Notes under the pieces: model-generated
The model's database searches: none
The model's input: only the letters and a program-made list of their open reading frames with translations
Told to the model about the DNA's origin: nothing
IMG/VR virus record: IMGVR_UViG_3300037465_000480
Length of the DNA: 64,000 nucleotides
Source: a virus
Strand: one strand, 5' to 3'
Shown: positions 39,175 to 46,420 of the stretch, in pieces
Layout: each line of letters starts with the position of its first letter
Numbering within the stretch: the stretch's first letter is position 1
Translations under genes and position numbers: made by a program

Positions 39175-39446
39175 GAACCAAAGCCAAAAGGGACAAAAGC
39201 GAAAGCCTCATTATTGAAGGCTTGCGGCAGGCAGGCTATAGCGTTTATCCCCTTAGTCAAGCAGGATTACCCGATTTATTGGTCGGCAGACACGGGAAAA
39301 CGTACCTTATTGAATGTAAGTCGCGTTATGGCAAGCTCACCGCTGCCCAAATCAACTTTTATGATGAGTGGGATGGCACCCCCCTCATCATTGCTTATTC
39401 CTTGGAAGATGCCTTAAAAGGCTTAGCCGCTTTGGAAAGCGGCTAA
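39171..39446 (+). CDS. PD-(D/E)XK nuclease (VRR-NUC / Holliday junction resolvase-like)
   Basis: GLPDLLVG...LIECK...LTAAQ; GTG start overlaps the endolysin stop. Confidence 0.82.
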   Translation: MRTKAKRDKSESLIIEGLRQAGYSVYPLSQAGLPDLLVGRHGKTYLIECKSRYGKLTAAQINFYDEWDGTPLIIAYSLEDALKGLAALESG

Positions 39447-39518
39447 GGAGAAGGTTTCTATAGCTCAAACTATCGTGCTTGTGATATAAGCCATTCTAGC
39501 AGAAAGTGGTTCTAAAAA

Positions 39519-39642
39519 AAGTCAAAAACCCTCTTGCAATACCTTGTGCTTTTTTGTAAAATAGGGAAGAAAATAAGGAAAAGTCAAAAACCCCCTTGCA
39601 ATACCTTGTGCTTTTTTGTAAAATAGGGAAGAAAATAAGGAA
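39519..39642 (+). repeat. Tandem duplication of a 62-bp promoter unit
   Basis: Each unit carries TTGCAA-17 bp-TAAAAT (39534-39562 and 39596-39624); one mismatch seen between units. Confidence 0.88.
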
Positions 39643-39655
39643 AAGGAGAAACACT

Positions 39656-40420
39656 ATGCAACCCTCAGAAAACCAGTCCCCAGAAAAAAGCTATTTTGCT
39701 TATGTGGTGGTTCATGTGAATTCAGGCTATGCTATTGGATTCAAGATTGCCGAAAACCCACCTGCCCTTTCCCCGCTACCCTGGATCGAAACCATTATCT
39801 TAGGCATTTATAGCGACTATGGGGAGGCTGTCGAGACCCTGGATAAAGCCAAACGAAGCTGGTCGCCTTTAGAGTATGTGCAGCAGCATGGCGGGGCAGC
39901 CGTGCTAGAGGCTGAAACCATTTTGCGGAAATCGGCTTGGGAAAAGGAAGATTTAGAATTGGCAGCCCGTACCATGCAGCAATTAAAGGAGGCTTGGGAG
40001 ATATTGGAGGCAAAATATCAGGAAGCCTGGCGCGAAATGGAAGAGCGATTCGCTAAAGAGAATGCCCATCTTATCCGCCACCGTGCCCGAGTTGCCTCTA
40101 TGATGGATGATTTAGAAGACGAAATCCGTCAGCAAGGCGTGGCGATTTACCGCCAAACGGGAGAGCGTGCCCTAGCCGCAGGAGTGACTATCAATCATCG
40201 TCAAGTGGTGGTCATCGCTAGTCAGGGCGAATTGCAAAGCCATTTTGAATGGTTTGCCAAACACATGCCCATCGTTATCATGATTGATATTAAAGGACTC
40301 ATTCACCAATTGCAAACGCCTGAATTCAAAGCAGAGGGGAGTATTCCTGAGGAAATAGAAGAATTATATCAGCGGGATGTCCCCTATGTGACTATAGCCT
40401 CTTCATTAAAACGGAAATAA
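39656..40420 (+). CDS. Hypothetical early protein with coiled-coil C-terminal half (weak Mu Gam-like character)
   Basis: RBS AAGGAG; long charged helix followed by beta-like GVTINHRQVV. Confidence 0.5.
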   Translation: MQPSENQSPEKSYFAYVVVHVNSGYAIGFKIAENPPALSPLPWIETIILGIYSDYGEAVETLDKAKRSWSPLEYVQQHGGAAVLEAETILRKSAWEKEDLELAARTMQQLKEAWEILEAKYQEAWREMEERFAKENAHLIRHRARVASMMDDLEDEIRQQGVAIYRQTGERALAAGVTINHRQVVVIASQGELQSHFEWFAKHMPIVIMIDIKGLIHQLQTPEFKAEGSIPEEIEELYQRDVPYVTIASSLKRK

Positions 40421-40434
40421 GGTGTGTAGCCAGT

Positions 40435-40466
40435 CCTCTAGGGCAACAGAAATGTTGCCCTAGAGG
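40435..40466. other. 14-bp perfect hairpin with GAAA tetraloop
   Basis: CCTCTAGGGCAACA-GAAA-TGTTGCCCTAGAGG; no T tract on either strand. Confidence 0.8.
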
Positions 40467-40502
40467 GATCGTCCTAAAAAACAAAAGAGAAAAGGAAAAA
40501 CC

Positions 40503-41210
40503 ATGAAAAACCTGGCTAGCCGAATGCCCTTGTGGGAAAAATCCTATGGGGGCTTTTTAGAAACGACAGGAACCATTTGGCAGCAAATGAAAGATGAGAT
40601 AGGGCTTCCCGTGTGGGATGAGGGACCATCCTCGTCGTTGCCAGGATTGATGACACGCCTCATTACGCCAGACTCGCTTTTGCCTGATAATCCTCAAAAA
40701 CGAACAACGGACGGTATTGAAAACGGGGAGAGACAAGCGGAAAAAGCTAGCGCGGCTTGGGTAAGGGATGTTTATATTCCCTGGTGCGTCAAGGAAGAAT
40801 ACATTGCCATTGGGTTAGCCGCTTTCACGAATGCCTATCACGCCAGACAGTCTTTAGCATGGCACTACACACCACGCCTGGCTTATGCCTGGCTGTCTTT
40901 AGCTGCCAGAAAAGCGGGGATGGTTTGGCAACAGGATGAATTTGAAAAGGAAATGGAAGCGGAGCATTTTTTCTTGCTTCCCCCTCTAAGCCGTATTCAA
41001 ATCACGAACCGTCCTGATGACATCTTGTTTAATCACAGTGCAGGATACCAAACGATTGCTACGATAGGCGATAAGTTGGTTATGGTTTATCTATCTGAGG
41101 GAGCCAATTGGAATATAAGCGAACATGTTTATTTTGACCAGGATGCTTACTACAAAGCGGTTACACACTATGTATGGCAACAGCTCGGTCTCCCCCTGAA
41201 GGGTGTATGA
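40503..41210 (+). CDS. Hypothetical early protein
   Basis: AAAAGGAAAA RBS; 235 aa. Confidence 0.65.
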   Translation: MKNLASRMPLWEKSYGGFLETTGTIWQQMKDEIGLPVWDEGPSSSLPGLMTRLITPDSLLPDNPQKRTTDGIENGERQAEKASAAWVRDVYIPWCVKEEYIAIGLAAFTNAYHARQSLAWHYTPRLAYAWLSLAARKAGMVWQQDEFEKEMEAEHFFLLPPLSRIQITNRPDDILFNHSAGYQTIATIGDKLVMVYLSEGANWNISEHVYFDQDAYYKAVTHYVWQQLGLPLKGV

Positions 41211-41410
41211 TTTACGATCTGGACGATTTGAAACAGCTTGTCGAAAAACAAAAGCCAGGGACTAAATGGAATAGGACCTGGCTTTTGAAGGAATTGCTAT
41301 GGGCATTAAATGAGGCTATACGCTACCGTGCCTTATGGCGCAAATCATTAGAGGATGCTACCTTTTGGCGCAAGGAATGGGAAAAACTGAAAAGAGGAGA
41401 CGATGGATAA
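41207..41410 (+). CDS. Hypothetical protein
   Basis: ATG overlaps the previous stop; overlaps the next gene. Confidence 0.55.
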   Translation: MIYDLDDLKQLVEKQKPGTKWNRTWLLKELLWALNEAIRYRALWRKSLEDATFWRKEWEKLKRGDDG

Positions 41411-42326
41411 AAAATGGGATACCCTTTGGTATGAGTGGTTAGCGAGTCTGACTCTTCCGACCCGTTATGCTTATCAAGCGGATTGGAAAACCTTCCGCCT
41501 TTGGTCAAATATCCCCCCTTGGCAAATTAGCCAAGGGACAATGAAAGGTTATGTTGGCTATTTGCAAAAGTCAGGCAAGTATTCTCCTTATACCATCAAT
41601 AGGAAAATCACTGCTATCAGTAGCTTTTTGCGCTATGCTGTGGAAAAGAGGGTGTTGCCAGAACATCCTTTAAAGGAGGGTCTCAGGGTAGACTTGCCTC
41701 ACTTGGCTTTAGCAAGTAAAAGCAAGGTAGGGATAACTCATCCATTTTCTTATGATCCCGTTATGCCTTATGTCCTGATGAGCAGCTTGCTTGACACTCG
41801 TGCTTGGTATCATGCCCGCAATAAAGCCGTTATCGCTCTCTTGCTCATTACGGGTATTGCGCCGCGTTATCTGACTTCGCCCCCGATAACGTCTCATAGC
41901 CTGGATAATCGCAAGGGTGTGTTCATCCATCCTGGAACGGGCAGGAAAGTTTTTTTGCCTGATAAACTCGTTGCCATCCTGAGGGAGTATATCGCTTTAG
42001 AAAACGAGTACGGCAGGTCGCCTAACGCTAAAAATGCCTTTCCAGTCTTTTGGCATTCGCCTACAACGGGGATGGTTTTATCAGCCTACGATTTATCATC
42101 TATTGTCCGCAATGTGGGCATAAGGCTAGGGTTGGACAAACAAGGGGAATTGCGACCAGGGACACTACGTATTATCCACGAGGTAGAGGCACGCAGGGGG
42201 ACATACACCCTGTATCAAGGTGTTTCTACTTTAGCCAATGCCCAAGAGCGAACAGACCATTATCTAGCCAGCGAAGAGGTTATGACGAGATTGGCTAATC
42301 GCTTTATCCAGGATAAGGATAGCTAG
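41403..42326 (+). CDS. Tyrosine recombinase/integrase-like protein with degenerate catalytic motifs
   Basis: Core-binding domain TRYAYQADW...SPYTINRKITAISSFLRY; box I LLLITGIAPRYL; box II PGTLRII; C-terminal TDHY. Confidence 0.72.
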   Translation: MDKKWDTLWYEWLASLTLPTRYAYQADWKTFRLWSNIPPWQISQGTMKGYVGYLQKSGKYSPYTINRKITAISSFLRYAVEKRVLPEHPLKEGLRVDLPHLALASKSKVGITHPFSYDPVMPYVLMSSLLDTRAWYHARNKAVIALLLITGIAPRYLTSPPITSHSLDNRKGVFIHPGTGRKVFLPDKLVAILREYIALENEYGRSPNAKNAFPVFWHSPTTGMVLSAYDLSSIVRNVGIRLGLDKQGELRPGTLRIIHEVEARRGTYTLYQGVSTLANAQERTDHYLASEEVMTRLANRFIQDKDS

Positions 42327-42328
42327 CG

Positions 42329-42535
42329 ATGAAAACTTTTCTCTTGGCTGTAGGAGTTATCATTCTTGTTCCGATGGCATTATATAGCCTAGGTTATCCT
42401 CTGTGCGCTATAGCTTGGTTATGGTGCTGGATAGCTATCATCCTCTATGCCACAGGCGATGAGATACAGAAACTTAAAAAAGCTGCCGCCCTCTCTCATC
42501 CCCCGCCTGATCCTCCTCCCCATTCTTTAAACTGA
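42329..42535 (+). CDS. Small membrane protein
   Basis: Two hydrophobic segments and a Pro-rich tail. Confidence 0.55.
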   Translation: MKTFLLAVGVIILVPMALYSLGYPLCAIAWLWCWIAIILYATGDEIQKLKKAAALSHPPPDPPPHSLN

Positions 42536-42539
42536 GTAT

Positions 42540-42567
42540 CTAAACCCTCTGATAACAGAGGGTTTAG
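42540..42567 (+). terminator. 12-bp hairpin, terminator-like
   Basis: CTAAACCCTCTG-ATAA-CAGAGGGTTTAG; weak T tract. Confidence 0.55.
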
Positions 42568-42645
42568 GATTGTCTTCTCCCCCGCGTGCCATATCCAAAA
42601 TTAGAACAAAATATAGAACATAAACCTACGCTTTTCTAAAATAGA

Positions 42646-42712
42646 AAATTAGGGTATTGACACTAACTGCTTAGCAGGTGTATACTGTAAGTACAGCAAA
42701 AGGAAAGAAAAG
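42646..42712 (+). promoter_or_regulatory. Early promoter/RBS block, copy A
   Basis: TTGACA-18 bp-TATACT (42657-42686); the 67-bp block recurs at 43734-43800 with 3 mismatches. Confidence 0.8.
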
Positions 42713-42731
42713 AAAGGAAAAGGAAAACACC

Positions 42732-43064
42732 ATGAATAGCCAGACCCACACCGCCACCCAGCTAAGCTATATCCAAAAAAGCATTCGGGTATGCTTGGAC
42801 ACAAAAGCCATCCTTTTAGAAACTATCACCTTCTTACTGGATAGCGCGAGCGAATGGGAAGCCCGCTATAACCGCTACATTCAGCGAGGGTATACTTGGC
42901 TAGAGGATGAGGATATTTTGAGCCTGTGCATTGCCAACTATATGGATGCCATGCTTAAAATTGATGGGCTCATCGAGCAAGTTATCCAGGTTGATGAAAG
43001 ACTGGCAGACCATGTTGCATGGTATTATCTTCGCGTCAACAAGCCTCAAATCCCAGTTTCCTAA
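42732..43064 (+). CDS. Hypothetical early protein
   Basis: ATG after AAAGGAAAAGGAAAACACC, downstream of promoter A. Confidence 0.6.
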   Translation: MNSQTHTATQLSYIQKSIRVCLDTKAILLETITFLLDSASEWEARYNRYIQRGYTWLEDEDILSLCIANYMDAMLKIDGLIEQVIQVDERLADHVAWYYLRVNKPQIPVS

Positions 43065-43080
43065 ACCCAAGTCCCTAAAA

Positions 43081-43110
43081 GGAGATATAAGGAGATATAA
43101 GGAGATATCA
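43081..43110 (+). repeat. Three tandem GGAGATATAA/GGAGATATCA units
   Basis: Read directly: ggagatataa ggagatataa ggagatatca. Confidence 0.9.
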
Positions 43111-43166
43111 TAAAGCCGTCAAGCCCTTACCCTAGATGAGCATCAAAGACCCAATCAACGAATTGG

Positions 43167-43220
43167 GTTCCCGCTCGCATTGGCTACCTTACCGCAATAT
43201 GCGCCAATGCGAGCGGGAAC
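43167..43220. other. 18-bp perfect inverted repeat with 18-nt loop
   Basis: GTTCCCGCTCGCATTGGC ... GCCAATGCGAGCGGGAAC. Confidence 0.85.
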
Positions 43221-43317
43221 TTTGGGTGCATCGTCCCCCTAACTTGTATGAACGGGATACTTTAGCTGACCAAGCCATCCGTGGTTTGGATTGGCTGATT
43301 TTTCAGATGAGTTAACC

Positions 43318-43611
43318 ATGAAAAACCATTATCGAATGTTTTATGGCAGTAACCAGGCTTATTGCCTAAGCCTAGGAGTCTATGATGGTCACAGGTTCCT
43401 AGGAGACTTCTATCAAGCCTTTTGGCAAGTGTGTCTAAATCACCTGGTAGAGGGCAAAGAAACGAACCGCCCTGAGCATATTCATATCCATTGGCAAAAA
43501 GCCACCATCGCCGAGGGTCGGGAGCGTGTTTCCTGCGAGCTGCCAATAGAGAGGGAATTGAATGGGCAGTCGTGGCGATCCTGGATGGGGGGTGGAAGAC
43601 TGAAAAAATGA
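43318..43611 (+). CDS. Hypothetical early protein
   Basis: ATG 43318 (MKNHYRMF...); its stop overlaps a 38-aa ORF at 43608-43724. Confidence 0.5.
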   Translation: MKNHYRMFYGSNQAYCLSLGVYDGHRFLGDFYQAFWQVCLNHLVEGKETNRPEHIHIHWQKATIAEGRERVSCELPIERELNGQSWRSWMGGGRLKK

Positions 43612-43733
43612 TTAAGGCTCGTAAATCAACAGGGCGTTTTGTCGTCCAGCTCCGCAAAACAGGCAGGGCAATTTCCCTGGATGAGGCTTTACAAGGTAAG
43701 CTCCCCCGACTTACCCAATTTTGAAAATTCGCT

Positions 43734-43800
43734 AAATTGGGGTATTGACACTAACTGCTTAGCAAGTGTATACTGTAAGTACAGCAATAGGAAAGAAAAG
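43734..43800 (+). promoter_or_regulatory. Early promoter/RBS block, copy B
   Basis: TTGACA-18 bp-TATACT (43745-43774); near-identical to 42646-42712. Confidence 0.8.
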
Positions 43801-43806
43801 GAAACC

Positions 43807-44574
43807 ATGCAAACACCAACCGATTTGAACGACCCCGAAATTTTGGAAAATCTCATCCAGCTAGTGGACGAGCATCGCTATGTTTTGACCATTTGGACAA
43901 ATGGCAGCACCGACTTGTTAGAGGCAGTGCACTATGCAGGTTATGATTGGACAGAACTAGGGAACCTGTATTGGGGTGATTATCGTTTCTTTGTTTGGGA
44001 TTACGGACAATCCCAATATCCTCATTTCGGATATGATCCAGGCTATGGTCTGGATTATTGTTACTACGGAATGCCGCCAGCTTGGGAGGCTTTCTTTGAC
44101 TCCTACGGGGAATATACCGACCACTGGAACGGTTGCGATGTCAACACGTGGCAACCATCCCCCCTGTTTGAAGAAATGCGGAGCATTCTAAATCAAGGAT
44201 GGCATGAATTAGCCGACCCCTTTAGCGACCTTTTCAAAATGGTGGTCGATTTGCTTAAGCCGTCCACCCTTGACCCTAGCCAGCCCTACCAACCTAGCAA
44301 GGCTGAATTAGCTCCCCCGTTTTATATGCTTACCTACAAAGAAACCTACCGCAGGGTTTACCGCTTAATTCGCTTAATCCACCGCCTAGAAAGCTATCCT
44401 GGTGGCAATTGGTGGGCTAAGACCAAGCCTGCTATCCACATGGTAAGGCAACAGCTAGCCAGCTTTCAAACCGCTTGCCCTAAGATTGTTCAGGCAGCAC
44501 GGCAAGCTTGGGAGCAGTCCCACCCCTTAGCCGTTATCAGTAAGGAGAATGCGCATGAGCAAGCGACATTTTAA
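43807..44574 (+). CDS. Hypothetical Trp/Tyr-rich early protein
   Basis: ATG after AAAGGAAACC, downstream of promoter B. Confidence 0.65.
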   Translation: MQTPTDLNDPEILENLIQLVDEHRYVLTIWTNGSTDLLEAVHYAGYDWTELGNLYWGDYRFFVWDYGQSQYPHFGYDPGYGLDYCYYGMPPAWEAFFDSYGEYTDHWNGCDVNTWQPSPLFEEMRSILNQGWHELADPFSDLFKMVVDLLKPSTLDPSQPYQPSKAELAPPFYMLTYKETYRRVYRLIRLIHRLESYPGGNWWAKTKPAIHMVRQQLASFQTACPKIVQAARQAWEQSHPLAVISKENAHEQATF

Positions 44575-44782
44575 GATGACCGTTTGGAGTGACATTTTTG
44601 ACGCCCATCAGGTAAGCCTACCTGGTGGGGAAACCATCAGCCTGGGTGAAAAAATCACCGAGGCAGGAGGCTGGAGCGAATACGTTGCCGACTTGATCGA
44701 AAAGGATGCTCCAGGCTTTCGGGCTTTGCGCCAGCGACATCGCGCCCTGTGCCGCCGACGAAACAAGGAGAAAGCAGATTAA
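44555..44782 (+). CDS. Hypothetical protein
   Basis: RBS AAGGAG 7 nt before the ATG. Confidence 0.55.
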   Translation: MSKRHFKMTVWSDIFDAHQVSLPGGETISLGEKITEAGGWSEYVADLIEKDAPGFRALRQRHRALCRRRNKEKAD

Positions 44783-44785
44783 ATC

Positions 44786-44914
44786 ATGCTGATCGTGAAT
44801 TTTGAGGTAGAGCTTTTTGTAGAGGCTATAGACTATCGGTTATGGCTGAAGACGGGTAAGCTGCCGCTTAATTGGGCAATTGCCCTTACTTTCCTGAGCG
44901 ATTTTCCCCCCTGA
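44786..44914 (+). CDS. Small ORF (42 aa), not in the supplied track
   Basis: MLIVNFEVELFVEAIDYRLWLKTGKLPLNWAIALTFLSDFPP; AGGAG upstream; starts 4 nt after the previous stop. Confidence 0.4.
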   Translation: MLIVNFEVELFVEAIDYRLWLKTGKLPLNWAIALTFLSDFPP

Positions 44915-44975
44915 TCCGAACATCTGATGCCGGCATCCTCCCCAATACTTACCGTGTTCATCTATGAGCTGAAAA

Positions 44976-45005
44976 GGTATAGCCTCATCTGCATGAGGCT
45001 ATACC
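44976..45005. other. 13-bp perfect hairpin
   Basis: GGTATAGCCTCAT-CTGC-ATGAGGCTATACC. Confidence 0.8.
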
Positions 45006-45083
45006 AGACATCGCTAAGCTATTAAGCCTGGAAACAGGAGAATTCGGGATAAACAAAATCAGTATCGAACAGCAAGACAAAGG

Positions 45084-45245
45084 ATGAACCAAGGAAAAAA
45101 ACTCGCGTCAGTACGGGGTAGGAAAAACAGCCTTCCCCCCCGCAGCCGCATTAGCCCCTCTCTGCGAGCCAAGCTGGATGCCTTGCTTCTTTTATCAGGA
45201 AAATCGTTTAGCGACTGGCTAGAAGACCGTATAAAAGAAAAATAG
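45084..45245 (+). CDS. Small ribbon-helix-helix-like DNA-binding protein (53 aa), not in the supplied track
   Basis: ...RSRISPSLRAKLDALLLLSGKSFSDWLEDRIKEK: short strand plus two helices with an S-x-S-D/E-W-L pattern; AAAGG directly upstream. Confidence 0.55.
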   Translation: MNQGKKLASVRGRKNSLPPRSRISPSLRAKLDALLLLSGKSFSDWLEDRIKEK

Positions 45246-45492
45246 AAAGCCCCCCCAAAGTTACCAGTATGCCCACAGAAGTATGGTTTGTCTGCCATGC
45301 CGATTATTGGGAACGGATGCGAATGCAGGATATTCGTCAAATCGAAACACCTGTTACTGGACTCGTTTATCAAGGGGGTTCAGTGACTGGTTTTCATTGG
45401 CGTGCTAGGGATAAATAAAGCCCAATTGATACAAGAGCCTTTGTAAACAAGGGGGAGGATGGCTCCCTTGTCTTGTGTCCTTTTTTAGAAAT

Positions 45493-45557
45493 AAAAAAAC
45501 TCGCACATTCATATATTATATTATATAATATAACAATGTGCGAGTTTCTAGTTTTAA
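45493..45557 (-). repeat. Palindromic element copy 1 (second genome pass)
   Basis: Equals 181-245 +45312. Confidence 0.85.
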
Positions 45558-45706
45558 GACCATCAGTATAATAGCTATCGAAAAACAGGGGTTTGGGCAA
45601 GATGAACACCTAACCCCCCACCTCTCACCCCCCGCAAGGGGGTTTTGTTATCCAACAGCGGTGGGGGCATTTTGATCTGGGGGGCATCTTGTGCTATACT
45701 CATCTT

Positions 45707-46420
45707 ATGGGAAACGTTACTGGCTGGATTAGCATAGATGACTGTCGATTGTGGGAGCGCAACCCTAACTTAGGGGATGTTCCCGCGATAAAGAGGAGCA
45801 TTCAAGAATTCGGTTTCCGAGGGGCTATTGCCCTGTGGCAAGATAACTTTGTCATGGGTGGCAATCATTCTGTGATGGCTCTGCGACAATTGCGAACCGA
45901 GGGATGGGAGCCTTGGGGATCGGCGATTACCGCCACCTGGGAAGTTCCTTATATCGACATTTCCGATTTAGACCGAAAACAAGCCGAAAGCCTGGGGCTG
46001 GCTTTTAATCGTACTGCCCGCTTGGGGCATGACGACGATAAAATCCTGGCTGCTTTGCTGGCTGACTTGGAAAGCGACGATAACACCACCTTGCAAGATG
46101 TTATGCGCTATACCGTAGACGAAATTGACAGGATTACTTATGAGCCGGATGATCTCAAACCTGTTGGCGTGCCTAAAGATAGTGCAGGTACTGCGCGATC
46201 AACTTTTCGCAAGATTAAACGGGCTTATGAAGGGCGCGATGTGCCTCGCCTGCTAAACTGGGGGGAACTCATGTTTCCTGTCCAAAAGGTTCTGTATGAA
46301 GCGGTACTGGCTTATTGCGAAAGCCAACCCGATATGAACAGGCGCGATGCTTTTCATCAATTGCTTAGACTCTCTCTCACTCATTTAGGCTTGCTAGAGG
46401 AGACAGAAGACCATGCTTAA
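45707..46420 (+). CDS. ParB-like protein (second pass)
   Basis: Identical to 395-1108. Confidence 0.75.
   Translation: MGNVTGWISIDDCRLWERNPNLGDVPAIKRSIQEFGFRGAIALWQDNFVMGGNHSVMALRQLRTEGWEPWGSAITATWEVPYIDISDLDRKQAESLGLAFNRTARLGHDDDKILAALLADLESDDNTTLQDVMRYTVDEIDRITYEPDDLKPVGVPKDSAGTARSTFRKIKRAYEGRDVPRLLNWGELMFPVQKVLYEAVLAYCESQPDMNRRDAFHQLLRLSLTHLGLLEETEDHA

Larger units (their letters stand above)
1..45312 (+). mobile_element. Complete siphovirus-like phage genome, one unit of 45,312 bp
   Basis: Packaging, head, tail, lysis and replication modules are all present; the sequence at 45313 (acggatgcgaatgcagg) restarts position 1. Confidence 0.95.

Noticed and set aside
39656-40420. Firm call as a Gam-like host-nuclease inhibitor
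   Set aside because: Only a general coiled-coil plus beta pattern supports it; left as hypothetical pending HMM search.
39519-43800. CRISPR array or mini-array
   Set aside because: The repeats are promoter/RBS duplications or 10-bp tandem units without unique equal-length spacers; no cas genes.
1-45312. tRNA, tmRNA or attP site
   Set aside because: No cloverleaf or tRNA 3'-end-like segment was noticed in the intergenic regions; tRNAscan/Aragorn was not run.
1-45312. Alternative genetic code or stop-codon recoding
   Set aside because: Standard-code ORFs tile the + strand densely and end in all three stop codons.
82-45609. Numerous minus-strand and nested ORFs in the track (e.g. 82-297, 17345-17821, 19620-20075, 45059-45373)
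   Set aside because: They overlap well-supported + strand genes or regulatory DNA and lack RBS and recognisable motifs; treated as shadow ORFs.
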